A stretch of 64,000 nt of DNA from an uncultured Acidobacteriota bacterium (GTDB lineage: Bacteria; Acidobacteriota; Vicinamibacteria; Vicinamibacterales; Vicinamibacteraceae): assembly GCA_963715265.1 (NCBI GenBank), contig CAVQRQ010000012.1, positions 7,387-71,386 on the forward strand, given 5' to 3'. Shown here piece by piece: positions 30,194 through 39,633 of this stretch. Numbering within the stretch: position 1 is the stretch's first letter; every line of letters starts with the position of its first letter. The position numbers and the translations under genes are program-made. The notes below the pieces were generated by a model that saw only the letters and a list, made by a program, of their open reading frames with translations, did not search any database and was not told the DNA's origin.

Positions 30194-31385
30194 CGGGCGG
30201 GCCCCTGCCGCCCTCATCGGCATGCTCGGATCAGCGTTCGTCGCCGTGGGCGTGACGGTCGCCTCCCTCGGGCCGGCACTCCCCGAGTTCGCCTCCGTGG
30301 CGGGGATCGACGTGTCGTCGATCGGCGTTCTCTACAGCGCGCTGTTCGGGGGCTTCCTCGTGTCACAAATCACGGCCACCGTCCTGTTGGAGCGGACGGG
30401 CACGCGCGTCACGATCCTGGCTGCGCTCGTCGTGCTGGCGGCAGGAACCACGGGACTGGCTGTCGCCAACGGGGTCACGGCGCTCCTGACAGCGAGCGCG
30501 GTGCTGGGTCTCGGGTACGGGTTCGGCACGATCGGGATCAACCTCGTTGCGTCGCGATTGGTACCGCACCGCCCCGCATTCGTCGTCAACTTCATCAATG
30601 TGCTCTTCGGCGTGGGGTCGGTGCTCGGGCCCGTCATCTCGAGTGCGATGCTCCGTTCCGGCGGCCAGGCGCGCTGGGTCCCTGCCGTCGGCGGACTCAC
30701 GGCGTGCGCCCTGTTGCCGTGGGCGTGGATGGTCCTGCCACGCGACGCGCGCGTGCCTCTGCGGGAGGTCATCCCGCCGGCGCCGGCGCGCGCCCTGCCA
30801 GTCGCGCTCCTGTTGATGGGCGTCCTGGTCTTCCTTTACGGCGGCGTGGAGTCCGGCTTCAGCGGCTGGGCGCCCACGTACCTGGAGCGAACGCTGGGCC
30901 TGAGCCCGGCGGGCGCCGCACTGGCGGTGTCTCTGTACTGGCTCGCGTATCTGTGCGGGCGCATCGTATCCACGGCGCTGGCGTTCCGCATCGCCCCGGC
31001 CGTCGTGCTCGAGGGTTCGCTCCTCGTCCTGATGGCCGGCGGACTCGTGCTGGCGCTGAGTGTGGGACATCAGGGCGGAACCACTGTTGCGCTGGTGCTG
31101 CTCGGCGGCGCCACGGGCCCCATCTATCCGTCGATGTTCGGGGTCGTCACCCAGCGCTTCGCCGAGAGGGCTGCGTTCGCGGTGTCGGCTGTGTCCGCCA
31201 TCGGCTGCGGCGGAGCCATGCTGCTGCCGTGGGTCATGGGGCTGACCCTGCCGATCGGCAACGGCCGTGTCCTTGCCACGATCCCGATCCTGCTGGCGCT
31301 CGGCATGTGGGTGGCGTACAGACAGTCGGCACGCGGATCGACCTCAGGGCCCCTCCCGGACGCGGCCGCCTCATCCCGTCCATGA
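30186..31385 (+). CDS. MFS transporter (FucP-like sugar permease)
   Basis: About 12 hydrophobic segments, LYGGVESG..W, GPIYP motif. Confidence 0.8.
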   Translation: MRDGRAPAALIGMLGSAFVAVGVTVASLGPALPEFASVAGIDVSSIGVLYSALFGGFLVSQITATVLLERTGTRVTILAALVVLAAGTTGLAVANGVTALLTASAVLGLGYGFGTIGINLVASRLVPHRPAFVVNFINVLFGVGSVLGPVISSAMLRSGGQARWVPAVGGLTACALLPWAWMVLPRDARVPLREVIPPAPARALPVALLLMGVLVFLYGGVESGFSGWAPTYLERTLGLSPAGAALAVSLYWLAYLCGRIVSTALAFRIAPAVVLEGSLLVLMAGGLVLALSVGHQGGTTVALVLLGGATGPIYPSMFGVVTQRFAERAAFAVSAVSAIGCGGAMLLPWVMGLTLPIGNGRVLATIPILLALGMWVAYRQSARGSTSGPLPDAAASSRP

Positions 31386-31419
31386 CCAGGCGAGTGACGA
31401 TCGTCTGACCCCGATTCAC

Positions 31420-32184
31420 CTAGGGCCTGATGGTCCCGCCGTATGGATTGCGCGGCAGTTGGCCGGGACGGGTCTGGCCGGGTGTCTGCGTCCCCGGCCG
31501 TGACTGCCCCGGTCCGCCGGGTCGCTGGCCCTGCCCCGGCTGCGGGGTCTGCTGACCGAAGAAGCGCGGCGTTACGTCCTCGATGGAGACCTCCCACTGG
31601 TCGTACTGCGTGCGCCCCTTCCACACGCGGAGGGATGTCTCCTTGCTCGTGCTCACGACCCCGCGAATGGCGCCCGTCGGTTGCCCGGGCCCGCTGGCCC
31701 CTGGCTGCGAGGACGTGGACGTACCCAGCCCTGGTTGGCGCCCACCCGTCGGCGAGCTGCCGAATCCCGGGGGCGTGGGCTGGCCGGACGGCTGTCCGGG
31801 CTGTCGTGATGTGGCCGCTCCCCCGGGCGTCAGTCCGGGAACGGGACTCGTCATGCCCGGCGAGACCTGGCCGACCCTCAGGATGGCGAACTCCTTGCCG
31901 GTCATCGGGTCCAGGTACTTCTTGCGGAGAAAACGCTGCTTGACGAGGTCGTCGAGGTTGGAGGGCGATGCCCCGGGCAGTCGGCGCTGGTAGAGCGCCA
32001 GCGCATGCGCGTACTGCTTGAGGCGGAACAGGAGTTCCTCCTCACGCTCCCGCCTGACCTGCTGCCGCCACACGGGCATGGCGACGGTCATGAGGACGAG
32101 CATGACCGCCAGGGCCACGAGCAGGACGGCCATGGCGTAGCCGCGTGCGTCGCCGTGGATCGGGGAGTGTGCCGGGCGCCTCAT
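31420..32184 (-). CDS. T2SS pseudopilin-like protein with a Pro/Gln/Gly-rich tail
   Basis: Prepilin-like RG/YAMAVLLV, REREEELLFR, RFLRKKYLDPMTG. Confidence 0.75.
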   Translation of the reverse strand: MRRPAHSPIHGDARGYAMAVLLVALAVMLVLMTVAMPVWRQQVRREREEELLFRLKQYAHALALYQRRLPGASPSNLDDLVKQRFLRKKYLDPMTGKEFAILRVGQVSPGMTSPVPGLTPGGAATSRQPGQPSGQPTPPGFGSSPTGGRQPGLGTSTSSQPGASGPGQPTGAIRGVVSTSKETSLRVWKGRTQYDQWEVSIEDVTPRFFGQQTPQPGQGQRPGGPGQSRPGTQTPGQTRPGQLPRNPYGGTIRP

Positions 32185-32205
32185 CTCTTGCTATTCTTGC
32201 CTGTC

Positions 32206-33420
32206 ATGCTAGCACCGCGTCGCCCCGATTCCTCGCCGTTGTCGGCCCTCGTCGGGCGCCTCGCGCTGGGCATCACGACAGCCGTCGCTGTTGCGGTCGG
32301 TGGGTGTGACAAGGCTCCGTTGACGGCCCCCACCGATTCGGCCGTCACCCTCTTTGCCGCCAACACGGTTGTCGCCCTCAACGGCACCGTGGAGATCACG
32401 GCCAGCGTGACCGAACCCGGCGGCGTCCCCGTGCAGAACGGCACGCAGATCGTCTTCACCACCACGCTCGGCACACTCGATCCGTCGGAGGCACGCACCA
32501 GCGCCGGACGGGCGACCGTACGCCTGATCGCCGGGGCGTCCTCGGGCCTGGCCCAGGTCCGGGCGTTCTCCGGCGGCGCCCAGGCCGAAGCGCTCGAAAT
32601 TCGCGTCGGCGCGGCCGCGGCCACGCAAATCGCGATCAGCGCGTCCCCGAGCGCCGTGGGCGCCAATGGGGGCACCGTCGAAATCCTCGCTGTCGCGACC
32701 GGCGAAAACAACCAGCGCCTCCCGGGGGTGCCCGTGTCGTTTGCCACCAGCGCGGGCTCCCTGCGCGACGCGACGGTCATCACCGACGGCAATGGCGAAG
32801 CCCGGACGCAACTGACAACGACGCGGGAGGCGACGGTCACGGCCACGATCGGGACTGTCTCGGCGACGACGATCGTCCGCGTGACCACGCGCCCGCTGAT
32901 CACGATTACGGGGCCGTCGACAGCCATCGGCGTAGGCGAAACCACGACGTTCACGATCAACGTGCAGCCGCAGGTGAACGGCGACCCGATTCAGGACGTG
33001 ACCATCGACTTCGGCGACGGCGAACGCCGCTCGCTGGGCCCAGTGACAGGCACCCGCACCGTCCAGAAGGCTTACAGCCGCCAGGGCAACTACACCGTGA
33101 CCGTCAGCGTCTCCGACACCGGGGGTGAGGTGACCACGCAGGCCACCACGGTGGTAGTCGAGGAGCGGGCGATCAGCGTCACCCTGACGGCGTCGCCGGC
33201 CACTCCGCTCACCACCACGATCGTGCAGTTCACGGCGACGGCCTCCGGGGCCAACATCGTGTCGTACAACTGGAACCTCGGCGACGGCGACCTGCGGGTC
33301 ACGACAGGGCCGACGACAAGCAAGCTCTACGGCACGAGGGGTCCGCGCCGCGTGACCGTCGAGGTCGTGAACGCCGCGGGCCAGCGCGGCCAGGCCACCA
33401 TCGAAATCAACGTGCAGTAG
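32206..33420 (+). CDS. Ig-like (Big_1/PKD) repeat lipoprotein
   Basis: Lipobox-like VAVGGC, Thr/Val-rich beta repeats, TDGNGEA, IDFGDG and WNLGDG PKD motifs. Confidence 0.75.
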   Translation: MLAPRRPDSSPLSALVGRLALGITTAVAVAVGGCDKAPLTAPTDSAVTLFAANTVVALNGTVEITASVTEPGGVPVQNGTQIVFTTTLGTLDPSEARTSAGRATVRLIAGASSGLAQVRAFSGGAQAEALEIRVGAAAATQIAISASPSAVGANGGTVEILAVATGENNQRLPGVPVSFATSAGSLRDATVITDGNGEARTQLTTTREATVTATIGTVSATTIVRVTTRPLITITGPSTAIGVGETTTFTINVQPQVNGDPIQDVTIDFGDGERRSLGPVTGTRTVQKAYSRQGNYTVTVSVSDTGGEVTTQATTVVVEERAISVTLTASPATPLTTTIVQFTATASGANIVSYNWNLGDGDLRVTTGPTTSKLYGTRGPRRVTVEVVNAAGQRGQATIEINVQ

Positions 33421-33559
33421 GGCGGCGCGAGGAGGCCCGCGGACGGCGGCGGTGACGCCAGTCGGCGGGCCGCTCGGCCCCGACGCGGTGCGCTAATTCA
33501 CAATGTTTAATAAAGTACTTGTCTGTCCGTATCGCCTCAGCATATGTGCACTTGTGGAC

Positions 33560-33603
33560 CTCATGAATGTCGCTTTGCTCTGATAAGACGACATAATTGT
33601 CCG
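33560..33603 (+). promoter_or_regulatory. Paired palindromic enhancer (ACA-N4-TGTC x2, 30 bp apart) upstream of the porin
   Basis: CTCA-TGAA-TGTCG (33560-72) and CGACA-TAAT-TGTCC (33589-602); the same arrangement occurs upstream of amtB. Confidence 0.65.
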
Positions 33604-33696
33604 ACACGACACACCGGGTTCGAGCGCACTCTGCAGACGCTAAACATCATCACAAGAAAGACTTACGAACATAGTCCCGTATTGCGTCAAATCGGG

Positions 33697-33712
33697 TGGC
33701 ACGACCTGTGAT
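33697..33712 (+). promoter_or_regulatory. Putative sigma54 -24/-12 promoter of the porin
   Basis: TGGCACGACCTGTGA: perfect -24 box, but GA instead of GC at -12. Confidence 0.45.
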
Positions 33713-33726
33713 TGCAGCGACTGTCC

Positions 33727-34999
33727 ATGATTCGATCCGTGAACTTTGTCCCGGCTGGGAATCTCGGACCGGTGCTCGGGTCCGCGCTGGCGCTTGGCAT
33801 GCTGACGTGGGTTCCACAGGCGAGCGCGCAGACGCTCCCCGCCTCCGAGGCAACACCGACGCCCATCACCACGGCGGCGGCCAACGTCGATGTGAACCGC
33901 CCCCCGGCCGACATAGCCGGTGGTCAGCCTGTCGCACCGCTGCAGCCCATTGACGCGCCCGCCCCACCCACACCCACGCCGTGGAAGTTCCTGGGGCCCG
34001 TCAAGTTCTCGACGACAGTCGACACGTATTACGCCTACAACAGCAACGAGCCGGCCTCCGGCACGAACGTGCTCCGTAACTTCGACGAGAACGCCGACGA
34101 GTTCTCGTTCAGCTACTTCGAGACAGCCTTCGAGCTGCTGCCGACCGAGAGCCGGCGCGTCGGGTTCCGGGCCGACATCGGCTTCGGCCCCACGGCGACA
34201 TGGGTCAACTCGGTCGACCCTGACGATGGGGCACTCAAGTACGTGCAGCAGGCCTACGGCAGCGTCCTGGCGCCCCTCGGACGAGGCATGCAGATCGACG
34301 TGGGCAAGTTCAACACGCCCATCGGTGCTGAACCCACCGAGACGGCCTACAACTGGAACTACTCCCGGTCGCTGCTGTTCGCCTGGGCGGCTCCCTACTA
34401 CCACCTCGGCGTGCGTGCCGCGCTCCCCGTGTCCGACACCGTCACGGTGACGGGGTTCCTCGTCAACGGCTGGAACAACGCGAAGGACAACAACAGCGCC
34501 AAGACGGGCGCCGCGCAGGTCGCGTGGAAGGTCCACCCGTCGCTCACGATCTCCGCAGGCCTGGATGGGCGGCCCCGAGGGTCCCAACGGCGCGGTCGGC
34601 TGGCGTAATCTCTACGACACGGTCGCCACGTGGACGGTGAACCCCTCGGTGTCGCTGATGGCCAACGTCGACATCGGGCGGGATACGGTCAACGGCCAGA
34701 CGGCCGCGTGGCAGGGCGTGGCCGCCTACGGACGGTTCACGGTGCTCCCATCCTGGGCGCTGACGCCTCGCGTCGAAATCTTCGAGGATCGCGATGGTTT
34801 CATGACCGGCACCGCCCAGACCATCCGCGAAATCACGCTCACCAGCGAGCACACGCTCGTCACGGGGCTCTCGATTCGCCTCGAGTACCGCCGGGACTGG
34901 TCGACAGAGGACTTCTTCGAATACAAGTCCGACCAGTACCGTCCCCGCCAGAACACCTTCCTCGTCGGCTTCGTGTACGCGCTGGCCAGCCCCAACTGA
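33727..34999 (+). CDS. Outer-membrane beta-barrel porin (BBP2/OmpL-like), frameshifted near 34563
   Basis: Signal peptide, YVQQAY, GKFNTPIGAE, NWNYSRS, P.YH.G, NGWN; the C-terminal half continues in ORF 34565..34999 (RLEYRRD). Confidence 0.8.
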
Positions 35000-35173
35000 G
35001 GCCGCCCAGGCCAGGTCGACGGAAGCCGTCGAAGGGCCCGTGCCGCGAAGGCCGGCTCTTCGGCGCACGCGCCGGGCAGCCGGATGTCGGCCTCGGACGC
35101 TTCGGGGAATGTGCGTCATGCGTGGCCGATTCCGGGGACACGCGCGGGCGTTTCGGCGTAGGCTGGGACGCGC

Positions 35174-36724
35174 ATGTCCAGGTCGGTGGCCACCCGCGTC
35201 GAGAGCGACCATCTCTCGGCCCTGCTGTCGCTCGGGCCGGTCCTCGGCGGAGCGCCGAACCTGAAGACCGCCCTTGCGCGTGCACTGGAGCACGTGGCCG
35301 AAGCCGTGTCGGCGCGCAGCGGCCTCATCGTGCTGCGCGAGGGGGACACCCCGGACCTCGCCGTCGCCGCGGCGACGGGCATCAGTTGGCAGACGGCGCA
35401 ACGCGTGCGCTACCGCGTGGGCGAGGGCATCATCGGCCGCGTGGTCGAGACGGGCCGCCCCGTCGTGGTGCCGCGCGCCAGCCAGGAACCGCTCTTCCTG
35501 AACCGCACCGGGGTCCACAAGGGCTCTGCGGCCGATGACACCACCTTCGTGTGCGTGCCCATCTGCGCGGCTGGCACCTGCGTGGGCGCCGTCGGGCTGG
35601 CCCGTCCCCACCGCCCAGACGCCGACATGGCGCGTTTGCTCCAGTTCCTCGGGGTGGTCGCGTCCCTGCTCGGCTACGCCGTTCGCGTGCACACGCTCCA
35701 GCAGGCCGAGCGGCAGCAACTGGTCGCCGAGAACGCCCTTCTCCGCGAAGAACTGCGCGAGCGCTACGACTTCCGCAACATCGTCGGCAGCAGCCGACCG
35801 ATGCAGGCGCTGTTTGCGCAGGTGATGCAGGTGGCTCGCAGCCAGACCACCGTGCTCATCCGCGGCGAGTCCGGAAGCGGCAAGGAACTGATCGCGCACG
35901 CCATCCACTATCACTCCACGCGCGCCGGCAAGCCGTTCGTGAAGGTCAACTGCGGGGCGCTCCCCGAAGGTCTCGTCGAATCCGAGTTGTTCGGGCACGA
36001 AGCCGGTGCGTTTACCGACGCCCGCACCGCGCGCAAGGGCCGCTTCGAGATGGCGCACGGCGGCACGCTCTTCCTCGACGAGGTCGGGGAACTCTCGCTG
36101 GGCACGCAGGTCAAGTTGCTGCGGGTGCTGCAGGAACGCGAGTTCGAGCGGCTCGGCGGCACGCAGACGCTGCGGGTCAACGTCAGGCTGATCGCCGCGA
36201 CCAATCGCCGATCTCGAGGAGGCGGTGCGCGAGCGCACGTTCCGGGAGGACCTCTACTACCGCCTCAATGTGTTCTCGCTCTTCCTGCCGCCGCTGCGCG
36301 ACCGCAAGCCGGACATCCTCCTGCTGGCCGACCACTTCGTCGAGAAGTACGCGGCTGCACACGGCAAGGACGTCCGCCGACTGGCCACCACCGCGATCGA
36401 CATGCTCATGAGTTACCACTGGCCGGGCAACGTCAGGGAACTCGAGAACTGCATCGAACGCGCCGTGCTGGTCGCTGCGGGGGGCGTGATCCACGGACAC
36501 GACCTGCCACCGAGCCTCCAGACGGCCGAGGTCTCGGGCACGCTGCCACGCATGTCGCTCGCCTCGGCAACGGCCGCGCTCGAGATGGACCTCATCCAGG
36601 ACGCCCTGAAGACGTCCGCCGGCAACCTCGCGCGTACGGCGCGCCTGCTCGACACGACCGAGCGGATCATCGCGTACAAGGTCAAGAAACTGGGGATCGA
36701 CCTCACCCGTTTCAAACGAGCTGA
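35174..36724 (+). CDS. NifA-like sigma54-dependent activator (GAF-AAA+-HTH), frameshifted near 36210
   Basis: GAF (GEGIIGRV), [30 protein letters not shown]; [17 protein letters not shown] and the Fis-type HTH lie in the second frame; exact stop uncertain. Confidence 0.85.
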   Translation: MSRSVATRVESDHLSALLSLGPVLGGAPNLKTALARALEHVAEAVSARSGLIVLREGDTPDLAVAAATGISWQTAQRVRYRVGEGIIGRVVETGRPVVVPRASQEPLFLNRTGVHKGSAADDTTFVCVPICAAGTCVGAVGLARPHRPDADMARLLQFLGVVASLLGYAVRVHTLQQAERQQLVAENALLREELRERYDFRNIVGSSRPMQALFAQVMQVARSQTTVLIRGESGSGKELIAHAIHYHSTRAGKPFVKVNCGALPEGLVESELFGHEAGAFTDARTARKGRFEMAHGGTLFLDEVGELSLGTQVKLLRVLQEREFERLGGTQTLRVNVRLIAATNRRSRGGGARAHVPGGPLLPPQCVLALPAAAARPQAGHPPAGRPLRREVRGCTRQGRPPTGHHRDRHAHELPLAGQRQGTRELHRTRRAGRCGGRDPRTRPATEPPDGRGLGHAATHVARLGNGRARDGPHPGRPEDVRRQPRAYGAPARHDRADHRVQGQETGDRPHPFQTS

Positions 36725-36725
36725 G

Positions 36726-36770
36726 AGACATTTTTGTCGTATTCGTTTCACACCAAGACATGAATGTCGG
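36726..36770 (+). promoter_or_regulatory. Paired palindromic enhancer (GACA-N4-TGTCG x2, 30 bp apart) upstream of amtB
   Basis: AGACA-TTTT-TGTCG (36726-39) and AGACA-TGAA-TGTCG (36756-69). Confidence 0.7.
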
Positions 36771-36857
36771 GTTTTGAAAATTGCCAAGCTGCGCAGCACG
36801 ACCGTAAGTCCCTATTCGACATGGTGTTGAAGGATCAGGGCGCGTGTGGCCCTGAGG

Positions 36858-36875
36858 CCGAGCATTGATCTTGCT
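36858..36875 (+). promoter_or_regulatory. Putative sigma54 promoter of amtB-glnK
   Basis: CCGAGCATTGATCTTGCT has a perfect -12 TTGCT; removing one A gives canonical GG-N10-GC, and the region is indel-rich. Confidence 0.5.
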
Positions 36876-36953
36876 GTCGTCATCGTCCAGCGGACGCGAC
36901 CACGCGCGGGACACGAGGTCCCGTCCGGCCGATCGAGTCCGTCCGGAGGATCG

Positions 36954-38253
36954 ATGAACAACGCGGATGTGGCGTGGATGCTGGTGTCCACGGCGCTCGT
37001 GCTGCTGATGACCCCCGCCCTGGCGTTCTTCTACGGCGGCCTGGTCCGGTCGAAGAACGCGCTCAACACGATGATGATGAGCTTCATCTCGTTCGGCTTC
37101 GCTGGCGTGGCGTGGGCGCTGCTCGGCTACTCCCTCGCGTTCGCGCCGGGGACCTCCCTTGTCGGCGGCCTCGACTTCAGCCTGCTGAGGGGCGTCAGCG
37201 CTGGAGCCGCAGGGCACGATTCCCCACCTGCTGTTCATGGCGTACCAGGGCACCTTCGCGATCATCACGGCCGCGCTGATCTCGGGCGCGATCGTCGAGC
37301 GGATGCGGTTCGGCGCGTACCTCACCTTCATCACGCTCTGGGTACTCGTGGTCTATGCGCCCGTCGCGCCACTGGGTGTGGGGCGGCGGCTGGCTGGCGA
37401 CCATGGGCGCGCTCGACTTCGCCGGCGGCACGGTCGTGCACGTCAACGCCGCGCGCGGCGGCGCTCGTGGCGGCGCTCGTGCGTCGGGCCGCGCTGCGAC
37501 TACGGCCGGCAGGCGATGCTGCCGCACAACGTGCCGTTCGTGCTGCTCGGCGCCGGGCTGCTCTGGTTCGGGTGGTTCGGCTTCAACGCCGGCAGCGCGC
37601 TCGCCGCGAACGGGATCGCCGGCCTCGCCTTCGTCAACACCATGCTCGCGCCCGCGGCGACGCTGGTCGTCTGGACCGGTGCTCGACGTCGTTCGCGACG
37701 GGCGGGTCACCGCGGTCGGTGCCGCCACGGCGATCGTCGTCGGCCTGGTCGCGATCACGCCGGCCGCTGGATTCGTCAGTCCGATGTCGTGCCCTCGCTG
37801 CTCGGCGCGGTCTGGCCGCCGTTCCGAGCTACTTCGCCATCATGTTCCGCGCCCGGACGCGCCTCGACGACTCGCTCGACGTCGTGGCGGCACACGGCGT
37901 GGGCGGCACGGTCGGTGCGCTGCTGACCGGGGTGTTCGCCGACGCAGGCCTGGAGCGGTGCCGCCGACGGACTCGTCGGCGGCAACGCCGCGCAGCTCGG
38001 CATCCAGGCGGCCGGGGTCGGTGCCGCGCTGGCCTACAGCGCGGTGATGACCTTCGTCCTGCTTGAAGGCCATCGGTCTGGTCATGCCGCTCCGCGCAGC
38101 GTCGCGCGACGAAGGCGCTCGGACTTGACGTCACCGAGCACGGCGAGGAGGCCTACGCCGAGGGCGATGGCGCCATCCTCATGCAGTCCCGAGACTGCTG
38201 CGTCGAGGCGGCTGGCGCCGCCGCCGTGTCGCACCGAAGGGAGCCGGGCATGA
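36954..38253 (+). CDS. amtB: Ammonium transporter AmtB (multiple frameshifts)
   Basis: Fragments across frames: [72 protein letters not shown]; GGAGG RBS before ATG 36954. Confidence 0.88.
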
Positions 38254-38615
38254 AGCTGGTCGTGGCGATCGTCCGGCCGGAGACGGATCAACGACGGTGC
38301 TCGAGGCGTTGTTCCGCGTGCGAGGTGCGCGGGCTCACCATCAGTCGCGTGCAGGGTCACGGCGGCGAGACGGAGCAGGTGGAGAACTACCGGGGCACGA
38401 CAGTCAAGATGGCGCTGGCCGAAAAGGTCCGCATCGAGATCGGCGTCAGCAACGGCTTCGTGGAGGCGACCATCGAGGCCATCATCGACGCCGCGCGCAC
38501 CGGCGACGTGGGCGACGGCAAGATCTTCGTCCTGCCCGTCGAGCGGGTCGTGCGGATTCGCACGGGCGAACAGGACCAGGACGCGGTCACGCCCGTGTCA
38601 CCAGCCGTGCGGTAA
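38250..38615 (+). CDS. glnK: PII nitrogen regulatory protein (compensating indels near 38285-38320)
   Basis: [11 protein letters not shown]-loop YRG, TGDVGDGKIFV, RIRTGE; ATGA overlap with amtB. Confidence 0.88.
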   Translation: MKLVVAIVRPETDQRRCSRRCSACEVRGLTISRVQGHGGETEQVENYRGTTVKMALAEKVRIEIGVSNGFVEATIEAIIDAARTGDVGDGKIFVLPVERVVRIRTGEQDQDAVTPVSPAVR

Positions 38616-38678
38616 CTGGCGCGACACCATTGGCTCGATCACGGCACGGGGTCCTCGGCCTCGTGTCGTGACCGACCA

Positions 38679-39119
38679 TCACCAATCGCTGTAGGGCGTG
38701 CCCTGCAACGACAATCGATCCGAGCCGCTCTTCACGTTGTACACGCCAGGCTCGGCGCTGGGGTTGCTGGCATCGGGCTCGGCGGGAATCTCCTGCCACG
38801 TGGTCGCGGACCTGGTGAAGGGATCCTCCGGGATGGCGCGCAGGTACCCGTCGGAGACCAGCGCATCCAGCGTGGCAGGGTACTTGTTCTTGTCCGCGTA
38901 GTACTGATCGATCGCGTCGCGCATGCGGAACAGGTCTTCGCGCAGCACGGCCTCCTGTGCCAGCGTCACCGAGTTGCGGTAGCTGGCCATCGCCATGCCC
39001 GCGATGACCACGATCAGGGCCATCACCACCATCAACTCGAGGAGGGTGAAGCCTCGGCGGCCGCGCAGTCCCCTTCCACGGCTGACGTCCAGCGCGGCCC
39101 TGAGGGAGTGCCGGAGCAC
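38679..39119 (-). CDS. GspG-like pseudopilin
   Basis: RRG/FTLLELMVV, LREDLFRMRDAIDQYYADK, IPEDPFT. Confidence 0.85.
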   Translation of the reverse strand: MLRHSLRAALDVSRGRGLRGRRGFTLLELMVVMALIVVIAGMAMASYRNSVTLAQEAVLREDLFRMRDAIDQYYADKNKYPATLDALVSDGYLRAIPEDPFTRSATTWQEIPAEPDASNPSAEPGVYNVKSGSDRLSLQGTPYSDW

Positions 39120-39123
39120 AGGG

Positions 39124-39633
39124 TCACCACTCGCTGTAGGGCGTGCCATCGAGTCCTGTTCCGTTCGCCTTCGAGTAGACATCGAATACGTTCTGCCCGC
39201 CCCAGGAGGTCGAATCCGGACGGTCCTGGTAGGAGCGCAACCCCCACTCCGCCTCCCCGGTGAACGGGTCTGTGGGCACGCGCCGCAGGAACCGGAGTTT
39301 GCCCTGGGTGGCGTCGCCCGCCCGCGTCGCGCCCTTGACGAGCGTGTCCAGGTCGGGCGGATAGCCCATGTCGTCTGGCTCGATCTCGAGGTTGGAGATC
39401 TGTTGCAGGTCCGCGGCGTCCTTGTAGCGGTCGATGGCCGTCCGCATGTCACGGAGCGCGCGCCGGAGTTCGACCTCCTTCTGCCGCTGGATCCCGACCT
39501 TGCTGAGGGGGAGCACGGCCGAGGCCAGCACCAGCACGATCGCGGCCACCATCAGCAGTTCGACGAAGGAGTAGCCGCCCTCGCCACGCGAGGCCTGGCG
39601 GAGCCAGCGCAGCGCACCGCCCTGCCCCGTCAT
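39124..39633 (-). CDS. GspG-like pseudopilin
   Basis: GG/YSFVELLMV, ELRRALRDMRTAIDRY, FLRRVPTDP. Confidence 0.85.
   Translation of the reverse strand: MTGQGGALRWLRQASRGEGGYSFVELLMVAAIVLVLASAVLPLSKVGIQRQKEVELRRALRDMRTAIDRYKDAADLQQISNLEIEPDDMGYPPDLDTLVKGATRAGDATQGKLRFLRRVPTDPFTGEAEWGLRSYQDRPDSTSWGGQNVFDVYSKANGTGLDGTPYSEW

Noticed and set aside
31440-31860. Pro/Gly/Gln quasi-repeats in the pseudopilin tail and the secretin linker (about 40050-40350)
   Set aside because: These are low-complexity protein linkers without exact nucleotide periodicity; they are not a CRISPR array or tandem repeat.
33598-33613. Canonical NifA UAS TGT-N10-ACA
   Set aside because: It is present once but not at the equivalent amtB position; the ACA-N4-TGTC pair is the element both promoters share.
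35174-36724. Nitrogen fixation inferred from the NifA-like gene
   Set aside because: No nif structural or cofactor genes are in the window; the flanking genes are for ammonium uptake.
36954-38330. Programmed frameshifting or phase variation in amtB/glnK (also guaB and mltD)
   Set aside because: The breaks are numerous, not at slippery heptamers or homopolymer tracts, and partly compensating, which fits sequence error better.
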